This document shows, piece by piece, positions 6,911-16,172 of a stretch of 28,874 nt of DNA. The stretch is taken from assembly GCA_040752415.1 (NCBI GenBank), contig JBFMGU010000135.1:1-28874 (forward strand). The letters are read 5' to 3'. Within the stretch, counting starts at the first letter, position 1. Each line of letters starts with the position of its first letter. The notes beneath the pieces were generated by a model that had not been told where the DNA came from, did no database searches, and worked only from the letters and a program-made list of their open reading frames with translations. The position numbers were made by a program, and so were the translations under genes. Source of the stretch: Myxococcota bacterium (lineage in GTDB: Bacteria > Myxococcota > JACRCW01).

Positions 6911-8995
6911 ATGAGCAGCGTCGCGAATCCGGTGTCGTCGTCGTTGTCGTCGGGGTCCATCAGCACGCGCGCCGGGCTGCACCTCCTGGCGGTGAGCTTT
7001 GCTTCGCTCTACTTCGAGTTGCTCTTCATCCGGTGGCTCCCCTCCGCCATCCACATCCTGGGCTACTTCACCAACCTGGTCCTCATCGCCTCATACCTGG
7101 GGCTGGGCATTGGCGTGGCGCGGCCCAGCACCAACCCACGCGCGGCGCTGCGGGCCCTGTTGGCGGTGGTGGGGTTGGGCGTGCTGACCCTGGTGTTGCA
7201 CGCCGCGGACCTCGACGCCGTGCCCCCCAACGAGACGTACTACATCAACGAGGACGCGCTGTTCGCGCCCAACCGCTTCCAGCTCCCGCTCTATCCCACC
7301 CTGGTGGTGGTGTTCCTGACGGTGCTGGGCGTTTTCTACGTCGTGGGGCAACTGCTGGGCCAACTGTTGCGCCCGCTCCCGACGCTGCCGGGCTACAGCA
7401 TCAACATCCTGGGCTCCTTGCTGGGCAGCCTGGCCTTCACCGCGGTCTCCGCGCTCAGCACGCCGCCGTGGGTGTGGCTGGCCGTGGGAATGCTGGGCCT
7501 CACGGTGCTGGTGCCGCGCGTGTGGATGGCGCTGTTGTCCGCGCTGCTGTTGTGCTCCGGCGCGTGGGGCGTGGAACGGTGGGAGGAGGCGCGGCAGGGC
7601 ACCACCATCACGTGGTCGCCGTACTACGCCATGAAGGTCTTCCCGCTGGCCAACCCCGAGCACGGCTCCCTCGTGCACGTGAACAACAACTTCCTGCTCT
7701 CCGCCATCACGTTGGAGCCTCCCAAGGAGGAGACCGCCTTCCTGGCCACCAACCGCGCCTACTACGCGCTGCCGCATCGCCTGAAGCAGGCGCAGGATGT
7801 CCTCGTGCTGGGCGCGGGTGCGGGCAATGACGTGCATGCCGCGCTGTTGGCCGGCGCCCGCAGCGTGACGGCGGTGGAGATTGACCCCAGGGTGGCCGCG
7901 GCGGGCCGCGACATCCATCCGCGCCGTCCCTACCGCGACGAGCGCGTGCGCCTGGTGGTCGACGACGCGCGCTCCTTCCTGCGCCACGACGCCAACCTCT
8001 ACGACGTCATCATCTTCGGCACGCTCGACTCGCACACGTTGTTCTCCAGCATGAGCAGCGTGCGCCTGGAGAACTTCGTCTACACCGTGGACTGCTTCCG
8101 CGACGCCGCCGCGCGCCTCAAGCCCGACGGAATCCTGGTGGTGGCGGTGGGCGGCATGGCGCCCTGGGTGCACATGCGGATCGTGCGCAACGTGGAGGCG
8201 GCCACGGGTGGCGAGGCGGTGGTCTACTACTTCGGGCAGAACATCGGGATTGTGGCGGGTGGTGGTGCACGCGCGGTGGAGCAGATCCCGGGATGGCGCG
8301 TGGTGCCCAGGGAGGAGCGCACCGCGCTGCTGGAGCAACACCCGGAGGCCAACATCCCCGCCACCGACGACTGGCCACACATCTTCGTCCGTGCGCCCGG
8401 CCTGCCGTGGGAATACACGGTGGTGCTGGGCGCCATCCTGCTCATCAGCATGCTGCTGGTGCGTCGAGCGCTGCCCACCGGGGGAGTGCTCCCCGAGTTC
8501 TTCCTGCTGGGCACCGCGTTCCTGCTCATGGAGACCAAGGGCATCAGTGAGCTGGGGCTGGTGTTTGGCGCCACGTGGGTGGTGTCCGCCGTCGTCATCA
8601 GCGTGATCCTGCTGGCCATCCTGCTGGGCAACTGGGCCAGCGAGCGACGTCGCTTCCCCCGCCGCTACACCTATCCCCTGCTCATCGCCGCGCTGGTCAT
8701 CTCCTACGCCGTGCCCATCACCGCGTTGGTGACGACGTCCTGGGCCATGCGCCTCGTGGTGGCCGCGGTGCTGGTGGGCATCCCCGTGGTGCTCTCCAGC
8801 CTGGTCTTTGCCGACGCCTACCGTGATCTCACCGACGTGGGCCCGGCCTTCGGCTCCAACCTGCTCGGCGCGGTGCTGGGCGGCGTGCTGGAATACTCGT
8901 CCATGGCGTTCGGCCTGAAGTCGCTCTGCCTCGTGGCGGCGGCCACCTACCTGGCAGCCATGCTCCTGCGCGGGAAGGGTGCCGCTTCGCGCTGA
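6911..8995 (+). CDS. Membrane-embedded spermidine-synthase-like SAM-dependent methyltransferase (TM bundle - Rossmann - TM bundle), ~694 aa
   Basis: Multiple N- and C-terminal hydrophobic helices; WSPYY; VLVLGAGAGND, VTAVEIDP, VVDDARSFL, YDVIIF, ENFVYT..F....LKPDG; FFLLGTAFLLMETK. Confidence 0.85.
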   Translation: MSSVANPVSSSLSSGSISTRAGLHLLAVSFASLYFELLFIRWLPSAIHILGYFTNLVLIASYLGLGIGVARPSTNPRAALRALLAVVGLGVLTLVLHAADLDAVPPNETYYINEDALFAPNRFQLPLYPTLVVVFLTVLGVFYVVGQLLGQLLRPLPTLPGYSINILGSLLGSLAFTAVSALSTPPWVWLAVGMLGLTVLVPRVWMALLSALLLCSGAWGVERWEEARQGTTITWSPYYAMKVFPLANPEHGSLVHVNNNFLLSAITLEPPKEETAFLATNRAYYALPHRLKQAQDVLVLGAGAGNDVHAALLAGARSVTAVEIDPRVAAAGRDIHPRRPYRDERVRLVVDDARSFLRHDANLYDVIIFGTLDSHTLFSSMSSVRLENFVYTVDCFRDAAARLKPDGILVVAVGGMAPWVHMRIVRNVEAATGGEAVVYYFGQNIGIVAGGGARAVEQIPGWRVVPREERTALLEQHPEANIPATDDWPHIFVRAPGLPWEYTVVLGAILLISMLLVRRALPTGGVLPEFFLLGTAFLLMETKGISELGLVFGATWVVSAVVISVILLAILLGNWASERRRFPRRYTYPLLIAALVISYAVPITALVTTSWAMRLVVAAVLVGIPVVLSSLVFADAYRDLTDVGPAFGSNLLGAVLGGVLEYSSMAFGLKSLCLVAAATYLAAMLLRGKGAASR

Positions 8996-9294
8996 GACGA
9001 ATCAAGGCTAAACCTGACGAAACCCATTCCCTTCTCGGGCGCTCACGGGAAGCCCCAGGTCCCGGCCGGGGTCCGCCGCTTGACGGAGCGGGGGCACACC
9101 GCCCGGGTCCCCCTCGGATCCCCGCCCTGCGTTGATGCCGGAGTCAGCCCCGCAACCCCTTGTTTCTGCGAGGTTTCCGGCCCGGGGTGTGGTAGTCCTC
9201 CGGCCGTCCGGCAACATTCCCCCGCCGGGGGACGAAACTATGGAGCCTTTGCAGGCGTAGGGCGTTGCCCCGCCGCCACACCAGGAGGATTCCC

Positions 9295-10842
9295 ATGACG
9301 GCTGTCCACAACAACGGGCTCGACGGGATGCTTTCGGCGCTGGGTCTTTCGCGCCAGCTCGCTGAGCAGGTGGGAGGCTCCCTCAAGGCGGGCCGACTGG
9401 ATGCCGCCAGTCTCCAGGCCCTGCTCACCACCATGCCCACCGGCGTCAGCACCCAGTCGGGTCTGGCCGGTGGCGCGCACGCCCTGCCGCCCAGCGGCTA
9501 CGTGGCCCGCCCCCGCGACTACCTGGCCGAGCAGCTGGCCGAGGCGGCCCTCCCCGTGGGCAACGGCTTCGGCGGCATCAACGGTGAGGACGCCTACGGC
9601 CCCACCCGCCTGGGTCACTCCCTGCAGGCCATGATGATCCGCAACCCGGCCATGGCCCAGCAGATGGAGAAGCTGCTGAAGGGCACGCTGGTGCCGGACG
9701 GTCGTGACGACGGGCGTTTCACCGTGTACCAGTCCCCGCACACGCGCACCGGTGCGTGCATGAAGCAGGCGCAGCAGGCCGGCGTGGTGGGCAAGAGCCC
9801 CTTCACGCTGCCGCTGGCCAACCTCAACGTCTCCATGACCAACCCGGCCGTGGCCAACGGGCCCACCGGCGGCATCCTCAAGGGCCTGATGGCCATGGAA
9901 GCCAACATCACGAACATGGTGGGCAGCTTCAACAAGACCGGCGGCGGCCTGCCCGCGGGCATGCAGCAGATGGCGCAGATGATGGGCATGAACCCCAACA
10001 GCGCCAACTTCGAGGACATCGTCCAGCTGCAGCTCATGTACTACGCCACCACGAAGGAGCAGGAGATTGCCGCCAAGGTGCAGTCGCTGGACAAGGGCAA
10101 CGCGGTGGGTGGCTTCTACGGCGGCCTGACCGACCCGAACGCCGGTGGCCAGACCGCGCGCCGGCTGTTCGATTATTCCGCTCCCGCGTCGGGGAACGTG
10201 CAGGCGCAGACCGCGCCGCAGGCCCGCGTCACCCCGCGTCCGCAGGCGCAGACCGCGGCCACCGCGCGCCCCCAGGCCCAGACGCAGGACAAGAACTACA
10301 ACGCGCAGGCCGCGGCCAACGCGGCGCGCTGGGACGCCATGGGCCAGGTGGTCGAGTACCAGCGGCCCATCCAGCTCGAGGATGGTCGCGTGCTCATCAA
10401 CGGGCGGCCGGTCCCGCGTGACTCCCCCGAGGCGCAGGCCGCCACCTACGAAGCCTGGGCGGCCCGCTACGGCGTCACCGACGGCTCCCAGGTGGCCATC
10501 CTCGGCCCCAACGGGAACACCAACGGCGCGGGCGGCAAGGTGCAGGGCAACGTGTATGGCATGTCCTACGGCCAGCAGATCACCGGTGGCGGCGTGAGCG
10601 CGGTGGGTGGCGCGGGCGGCGCGGGCGGGTTCGGCGCGGGCGCGGATGGTGGCTACAACGGGTTGCTCTCCGGCGTGGGCCAGGGCCTCCCGTCCAATCC
10701 CAACCAGATGAGCGACACCATGAAGCAGCAGATGCTCCAGAAGCTCATGAGCGACCTGCAGAAGATGTACGAGATGCTCTCCAACATGTTGAAGAGCATG
10801 CACGAGATGCAGATGACGCCCATCCGCAGCCTCCGCGGCTGA
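9295..10842 (+). CDS. Gly/Gln/Met-rich hypothetical protein with T3SS needle/filament-like C-terminal helix, 515 aa
   Basis: AGGAGG SD before ATG 9295; strong GC3; no signal peptide; ends QMLQKLMSDLQKMYEMLSNMLKSMHEMQMTPIRSLRG. The CDS is secure, the functional call is inference. Confidence 0.8.
   Translation: MTAVHNNGLDGMLSALGLSRQLAEQVGGSLKAGRLDAASLQALLTTMPTGVSTQSGLAGGAHALPPSGYVARPRDYLAEQLAEAALPVGNGFGGINGEDAYGPTRLGHSLQAMMIRNPAMAQQMEKLLKGTLVPDGRDDGRFTVYQSPHTRTGACMKQAQQAGVVGKSPFTLPLANLNVSMTNPAVANGPTGGILKGLMAMEANITNMVGSFNKTGGGLPAGMQQMAQMMGMNPNSANFEDIVQLQLMYYATTKEQEIAAKVQSLDKGNAVGGFYGGLTDPNAGGQTARRLFDYSAPASGNVQAQTAPQARVTPRPQAQTAATARPQAQTQDKNYNAQAAANAARWDAMGQVVEYQRPIQLEDGRVLINGRPVPRDSPEAQAATYEAWAARYGVTDGSQVAILGPNGNTNGAGGKVQGNVYGMSYGQQITGGGVSAVGGAGGAGGFGAGADGGYNGLLSGVGQGLPSNPNQMSDTMKQQMLQKLMSDLQKMYEMLSNMLKSMHEMQMTPIRSLRG
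10201..10287 (+). repeat. Short intragenic repeat (QAQT x3)
   Basis: CAGGCGCAGACCGCG occurs twice plus a CAGGCCCAGACG variant, encoding QAQTAPQARVTPRPQAQTAATARPQAQTQ. Confidence 0.6.
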
Positions 10843-11398
10843 GCTCCGCAGCACCCCTTCTCCGACGACACGCGTCCGCTTCCACGCCCCCCTTCGCAGA
10901 GCGACGCGCCCCTCCAATCCCATCCCGCATTGCATCACGCGCCCGGAACAGGCGGGTTGCCGTCCCCTGCGCTCGCGCTTCCGCCTCCCGCGGATCCGCT
11001 CCCCGGAAAATGCGAAAAATAGCGGGCAAACACGCGGCGTTCTGCCGCACCCCGGCTGAGGTGTCGTCGGAAAAACGCGCAGGAGTTGCCGCAGCGGCAT
11101 CCGCGGCGCGGAATTTTCGCCACGCCGGGGTCCGCTCGGCGGGGCGCGGCGCGGCGGCTGGAAGCGCGTCCTTCCCGTCGCCACGCGCTTAGGAATGCAC
11201 TTCGGGCACGGCCGCGTCCGCGAAGAAGTTTCGCGTTTTCTTCGCGGGGAAGGGCGTTTCCCTGACGACGGAATTGCGACGCAACGGCTTCGACCTGCGG
11301 CACTTTGTCAGTTGAATCTTGCGTTTCGCGCAAACTAAGCACGCGAAAGCCTGCTGGGCCCTGCGGGGCGCCAACACCAGCGTGGCGTGAGGTCAACC

Positions 11399-12043
11399 AT
11401 GACTTCCAAGCAGTTCCTCCTGGGACTGGCCGGCGCGGGGCTGGCGCTGCTGACGACGGGCTGTCCCTCCGCGGCGGCGGACGGTCCCGCGCGCGGCAAG
11501 ACGCTGTACGCCAACTGCGTGTCGTGTCACGGCGCCGACGGGAGCGGAAACCACACCTACGGCGCACCGGCCATTGCCGGCATGAGCACCTGGTACCTGG
11601 AAGCGCAGCTCAAGAAGTTCCGCTCCGGCGCCCGCGGCACCCACCCGCGCGACGTGGAGGGCATGCGCATGCGGCCCATGTCGCAGACGCTGGCCAGCGA
11701 CGCGGATGTCACCAACGTGGCCGCCTACGTGGCCAGCCTCCCGGCACGCAAGCCCGCCCCCACGGTGCTGGATGGCAACGCCGCCACGGGCGCGCAGCTC
11801 TTCGCCACGTGCACCGCCTGCCACGGCGCCACCGGCGCGGGCAATGAAGCGCTCAAGGCCCCGCCGCTGAGCGGCAACCACGACTGGTACCTGCTGGCCC
11901 AGCTCAGGAAGTTCAAGGAGGGCGTGCGCGGTGCCAACCCTGAAGACACCACCGGCGCGTTGATGCGCCCCATGGCGCAGACGCTCGTCGACGAGCAGGC
12001 CATGAAGAACGTGGTGGCGCACATCATGACGTTGTCCCGGTGA
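11399..12043 (+). CDS. Diheme cytochrome c4/c553-like, probably lipoprotein, 214 aa
   Basis: Two CxxCH motifs (CVSCH, CTACH) in duplicated domains with P.I/L.G...WYL.AQL.KF and axial Met (MRPM). Signal ends LLTTG-C. GAGG SD. Confidence 0.92.
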   Translation: MTSKQFLLGLAGAGLALLTTGCPSAAADGPARGKTLYANCVSCHGADGSGNHTYGAPAIAGMSTWYLEAQLKKFRSGARGTHPRDVEGMRMRPMSQTLASDADVTNVAAYVASLPARKPAPTVLDGNAATGAQLFATCTACHGATGAGNEALKAPPLSGNHDWYLLAQLRKFKEGVRGANPEDTTGALMRPMAQTLVDEQAMKNVVAHIMTLSR

Positions 12044-12075
12044 GGCACACCGCCTTCCCACCCGGAGCCCCTGCC

Positions 12076-12183
12076 ATGTCCCACGAGAGCAACGCTCCCG
12101 ACTCCCTGGCCACCGCCATCTTCCTCATGACCATGGCGGGCATCGCGGCATTCGTGGCCGCGGTGTTCATCTTCATCCTGTGA
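12076..12183 (+). CDS. 35-aa single-pass membrane protein inside the oxidase operon (not in ORF track)
   Basis: GGAG at 12064-12067, ATG 12076, MSHESNAPDSLATAIFLMTMAGIAAFVAAVFIFIL*. High GC3; stop directly precedes the SD of subunit II. Confidence 0.8.
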   Translation: MSHESNAPDSLATAIFLMTMAGIAAFVAAVFIFIL

Positions 12184-12196
12184 CGGAGGAGGGCGC

Positions 12197-12955
12197 ATGG
12201 AATCCCTAGTTGTCGAAGCCTCCAGCTACGCCAAGGACATTGATGACCTCATCATGCTCATCCTGGTCCTGGCGGGCTTCTGGTTCCTGCTGGCCGAGGC
12301 CGTCTTCTTTGGCTTCATCTTCCGCTTCCGCGCCAAGGAAGGTCAGAAGGCGCAGTACATCACCGGCGAGGAGAAGCAGCAGAAGAAGTGGATCAGCATC
12401 CCGCACGCGCTGGTGCTGGTCTGCGACATCTTCATCATCGTGGGGGCAGTGAAGGTCTGGGTGAACGTCAAGCAGACGCTCCCGGAAGCGGCCCACACCG
12501 TGCGCGTCATTGGCCAGCAGTGGGCCTGGACCTTTGTCCACCCCGGCCCCGACGGGCAGCTGGACACCCCCGACGACATCACCACCAACGACGAGCTGCA
12601 CGTCAAGGTGAACGCCGTCTACCACTTCAAGCTGGAGAGCCGGGACGTGCTGCACAGCTTCTCGGTGCCGGCGTTCCGCCTCAAGCAGGACGCGGTCCCG
12701 GGCCGCACCATCACCGGCTGGTTCGAGCCCACGCGGGTTGGCGCGTACGACGTGCAGTGCGCGGAGATCTGCGGGATTGGCCACGGCATCATGGCCGCGC
12801 GCCTGATGGTGGAGACCCCGGAACAGCATGACGCGTGGATGAAGCGCCTTGCCCCGCCGCCCCCGCCCCCGGTGGCCGCGCCCACGCCGCCGAACACGAA
12901 CACGCCGGATGCTTCCGTGCCCGGCAACACCCCGACTCCGGAGGGACAGCCATGA
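12197..12955 (+). CDS. coxB: Cytochrome c oxidase subunit II (CuA)
   Basis: Two TM helices, GQQWAWTF, DVLHSF, CAEICGIGHGIM CuA motif. GGAGGAGG SD. ATGA overlap with subunit I. Confidence 0.95.
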   Translation: MESLVVEASSYAKDIDDLIMLILVLAGFWFLLAEAVFFGFIFRFRAKEGQKAQYITGEEKQQKKWISIPHALVLVCDIFIIVGAVKVWVNVKQTLPEAAHTVRVIGQQWAWTFVHPGPDGQLDTPDDITTNDELHVKVNAVYHFKLESRDVLHSFSVPAFRLKQDAVPGRTITGWFEPTRVGAYDVQCAEICGIGHGIMAARLMVETPEQHDAWMKRLAPPPPPPVAAPTPPNTNTPDASVPGNTPTPEGQP

Positions 12956-14637
12956 GCGCGTCCGGCCACGCCGAGCACCACGCGGAGGAAGGCTTCTTCC
13001 GCAAGTACCTGTGGTCCACGGATCACAAGATCATTGCCATGCAATACCTGTTCACCGGGATGTTCATGGCGCTGATTGGCGGTTTCACCGTCTACGTGTT
13101 CCGCATGCAGCTGGCCTTCCCCGGCCAGGACGTTCCCGGCTACGGGCTCGTTTCTCCGTCGGAATACAACGCGCTCATCACCACCCACGGCTCGGTCATG
13201 ATCTTCTGGGTGGCCATGCCGGTGCTGATTGCCGCATTCGGCAACTATCTCATCCCGCTGATGATCGGTTGTGATGACATGGCGTTCCCACGTCTCAACC
13301 GCCTCAGCTACCAGGTGTTCCTCCTCAGCGCGGTGCTGCTGATGGCGTCGTTCTTCGTCGAGGGGGGAGCGTTTGGCGGCGCGTGGACGGCCTACCCGCC
13401 GCTCTCCTCCAAGCCGGAATTCAACAACACGCCCATGGGCTCGGTGATGTGGCTCACCGCGGTGGCGCTGGAGTTCGTGGCGTTCCTGCTGGGCGGCATC
13501 AACTTCGTCACCACGGCCATGAACTCCCGCGCGCCGGGCATGAAGATGTTCGACATCCCCATGGCGGTGTGGATGATCGTGATTGCATCCATCATGTTCA
13601 TGGCCAGTGTGGGGCCGCTGGTGGCAGGCGCGGCCATGCTGCTGCTGGACCAGGTGGCCGGCACCGGTTTCTACGACCCCGCGCGCGGTGGCGACCCCGT
13701 CCTGTGGCAGCACCTCTTCTGGTTCTTTGGCCACCCGGAGGTCTACGTGGTGCTGCTGCCCGCCATGGGCATCGTGGCGGAGATCATCACCGTCTTCGCG
13801 CGCAAGAAGCTGTTTGGCTACAAGACGGTGCTCTGGACCGCGGTGGCCACCGGCATCCTGAGCTTCTGCGTGTGGGCGCACCACCAGTTCGTGGCGGGCA
13901 TTGACCCGCGCATGGCCAACGTCTTCACCATCACCACGCTGCTCATCTCCATTCCCATTGCGGAGCTGTGCTTCGTCTACATTGCCACGCTGTACGGCGG
14001 CTCCATCCGCCTCACCACGCCCATGTTGTGGGCGCTGGCGTTCGTGGCGGAGTTCCTGATTGGTGGCGTGACGGGAATCTTCCTGGGCTCCAGCGGCTCG
14101 GACATCTACTTCCACGACACGTACTTCGTGGTGGCGCACTTCCACTACACGTTCTTCCCCATTGCGTTCATCGCCGTGTTCGCGGGCGTGACGTACTGGT
14201 TCCCCAAGATGTTCGGGCGGATGCTCAACGAGACGCTGGGCAAGATCCACTTCTGGGGCACGGTCATCCCGTTCAACCTGATCTTCATCCCGCTGTTCCT
14301 CACCGGCGCCGCGGGCGACCACCGCCGCATCTACAACTACAACCACTTCCCGGACCTGGCGCGGCCGGAGCTCCAGAACCTGCGCGTGCTGGCCACGGTG
14401 GCGCTGGTGACGCTGCTGCTGTTCCAGGCGGTGTTCCTCTTCAACTTCTTCCGCAGCATCTTCGCGGGGAAGGTGGCCGACGCCAATCCGTGGAGGGCCA
14501 ACACGCTGGAGTGGACGGTTCCCTCTCCGCCGCCGCACGGCAACTTCGCGGAGATGCCCACCGTCTACCGCGGCCCGTACGAATACAGCGTGCCCAACCG
14601 TGAAGACGACTACTGGCCCCAGAACGTCCCCGGCTAA
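12952..14637 (+). CDS. coxA: Cytochrome c oxidase subunit I (A1-type motif), 561 aa
   Basis: STDHK, THGSVMIF, DMAFPRLN, WTAYPPL, WFFGHPEVY, VWAHH, HDTYFVVAHFHY, RR pair. Confidence 0.96.
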   Translation: MSASGHAEHHAEEGFFRKYLWSTDHKIIAMQYLFTGMFMALIGGFTVYVFRMQLAFPGQDVPGYGLVSPSEYNALITTHGSVMIFWVAMPVLIAAFGNYLIPLMIGCDDMAFPRLNRLSYQVFLLSAVLLMASFFVEGGAFGGAWTAYPPLSSKPEFNNTPMGSVMWLTAVALEFVAFLLGGINFVTTAMNSRAPGMKMFDIPMAVWMIVIASIMFMASVGPLVAGAAMLLLDQVAGTGFYDPARGGDPVLWQHLFWFFGHPEVYVVLLPAMGIVAEIITVFARKKLFGYKTVLWTAVATGILSFCVWAHHQFVAGIDPRMANVFTITTLLISIPIAELCFVYIATLYGGSIRLTTPMLWALAFVAEFLIGGVTGIFLGSSGSDIYFHDTYFVVAHFHYTFFPIAFIAVFAGVTYWFPKMFGRMLNETLGKIHFWGTVIPFNLIFIPLFLTGAAGDHRRIYNYNHFPDLARPELQNLRVLATVALVTLLLFQAVFLFNFFRSIFAGKVADANPWRANTLEWTVPSPPPHGNFAEMPTVYRGPYEYSVPNREDDYWPQNVPG

Positions 14638-14655
14638 GCCACTTAGGAATCCACC

Positions 14656-15225
14656 ATGAAGCCCATTGCCACCACACGAAGCGCCACCGGCATTCCCACC
14701 GGCAGGCTCGCCATCTGGTGGGTCATCGCCTCCGAGATCGTGATCTTCGGCGGGCTCTTGGCCTCCTACATCATGCACCGCCTGGGTCACCCGGAGTGGG
14801 CGGACCAGGCCGCGCACACCAACACGTGGGCCGGTGCCTTCAACACGCTGGTGCTGCTGACCTCCAGCCTCTCCGCGGTGCTGGCGCACCAGGCCGCCGA
14901 GGAGAAGAACGGTCCCAAGGCCGCGCGACTCCTCCTGTTCACCTGCCTGGGCGGCCTCATCTTCCTGTGCGTCAAGGGCTTTGAGTGGACGCACGAGATC
15001 CAGGCGGGCTTCACGCTGACCGCCGGCGGCTTCTGGCACTTCTACTACACCGCCGCGGGCCTCCACGGACTGCACGTCATTGCCGGGATGGTGACCATGC
15101 TCATCATCGCCGCCGACGCGCGCAAGGGTCAGGAGCTGCAGCGCGTGGAGCTGGTGGGGCTGTACTGGCATTTCGTCGACGTGGTCTGGATCTTCCTCTT
15201 CCCGCTCCTCTACATCGCGAGGTGA
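14656..15225 (+). CDS. coxC: Cytochrome c oxidase subunit III (short form), copy 1
   Basis: IASEIVIFGGL, NTLVLLTSS, K.FEW, GLHGLHVIAG, GLYWHFVDVVWIFLFPLLY. Confidence 0.92.
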   Translation: MKPIATTRSATGIPTGRLAIWWVIASEIVIFGGLLASYIMHRLGHPEWADQAAHTNTWAGAFNTLVLLTSSLSAVLAHQAAEEKNGPKAARLLLFTCLGGLIFLCVKGFEWTHEIQAGFTLTAGGFWHFYYTAAGLHGLHVIAGMVTMLIIAADARKGQELQRVELVGLYWHFVDVVWIFLFPLLYIAR

Positions 15226-15228
15226 GCC

Positions 15229-15564
15229 GTGACCGAGCACGCGCATCCCAATTACGTGAAGGTCTGGGCCATCCTGGTGGCACTGCTGGTGGTCAGCGTG
15301 GTGGGCCCCATGCTGGGCATCAAGGTGCTCACGCTCATCACCGCCTTTGGCGTGGCGGTGGTGAAGGCCTACCTGGTGGCCCGCAACTTCATGCACCTGC
15401 ACATCGAGAAGCGCTGGGTGGTGTACCTCCTCACCACCTGCCTGGCCTTCATGCTCCTGCTGTTTGCCGGCGCCGCTCCCGACGTCATGAAGCATGAAGG
15501 CCAGCGCTGGGAGAACCATGCGGCCAAGCGTGTGACCCACCAGGCGCAACAGCCCGTGCACTGA
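15229..15564 (+). CDS. Cytochrome c oxidase subunit IV family
   Basis: YVKVWAILVAL, AVVKAYLVARNFMHL motif, three TM helices; GTG start after GAGG. Confidence 0.88.
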   Translation: MTEHAHPNYVKVWAILVALLVVSVVGPMLGIKVLTLITAFGVAVVKAYLVARNFMHLHIEKRWVVYLLTTCLAFMLLLFAGAAPDVMKHEGQRWENHAAKRVTHQAQQPVH

Positions 15565-15573
15565 GGAGAGCCC

Positions 15574-16164
15574 ATGACCACCCTGAACGCGTTCTCCACC
15601 GGCGCAGCGCCCCGACGTCAGCAGGTGATCGCCAACGGCGTGTTGGGGATGCTGATCTTCGTGATTGCGGAGGCCATGTTCTTCGCCGGCCTCATCAGCG
15701 CCTTCATGATCGTGCGCGCGTCCGCGCCGGGTGGGATCTGGCCGCCGTCGGGACAGCCGCGCCTCCCCGCCGACGAGACCGCGTTCAACACGGCCATGCT
15801 CCTGCTCAGCGGCGTGATGTTGTGGGTGGCGCACGGGCGGTTCCGAAAGAGCGCAGGGACGGCGCGCACGCCGCTGTTGTGGGCCATCCTGCTGGGGGCG
15901 TCGTTCGTGGTGCTGCAGGGCGTGGAGTGGGTGGCCCTCATCCGCGAAGGGTTGACGCTGACCTCCAGCGCGCACGGCGGTTTCTTCTATCTCATCGTCG
16001 GGATGCACGCGGCGCACGCGGTGGTGGCGTTGGGCGTGCTCTCCCACGTGTTCGCGCAGCTGGTGCGGGGACGCCTGCATCCCGCCACGCTCTGGACCGC
16101 GGAGGTGTTCTGGTACTTCGTGGTGGGGCTGTGGCCGTTCCTGTACCTCCGGGTCTACTTCTGA
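15574..16164 (+). CDS. Cytochrome c oxidase subunit III family, copy 2
   Basis: LGMLIFVIAEAMFFAGLISA, NTAMLLLSG, Q.VEW, GMHAAH, FWYFVVGLW. GAGGAG SD. Confidence 0.9.
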   Translation: MTTLNAFSTGAAPRRQQVIANGVLGMLIFVIAEAMFFAGLISAFMIVRASAPGGIWPPSGQPRLPADETAFNTAMLLLSGVMLWVAHGRFRKSAGTARTPLLWAILLGASFVVLQGVEWVALIREGLTLTSSAHGGFFYLIVGMHAAHAVVALGVLSHVFAQLVRGRLHPATLWTAEVFWYFVVGLWPFLYLRVYF

Positions 16165-16172
16165 GGCGCCCC

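Noticed and set aside
6428..7054. N-terminal 209-aa extension of the kinase ORF
   Set aside because: Pro/Arg-rich, overlaps the divergent gene; recognisable domains begin only near 6380.
12952..14637. Calling subunit I a nitric oxide reductase
   Set aside because: It retains the HPEVY Tyr, D-channel, CuA subunit II and subunits III/IV of O2 reductases; NO chemistry is only a hypothesis.
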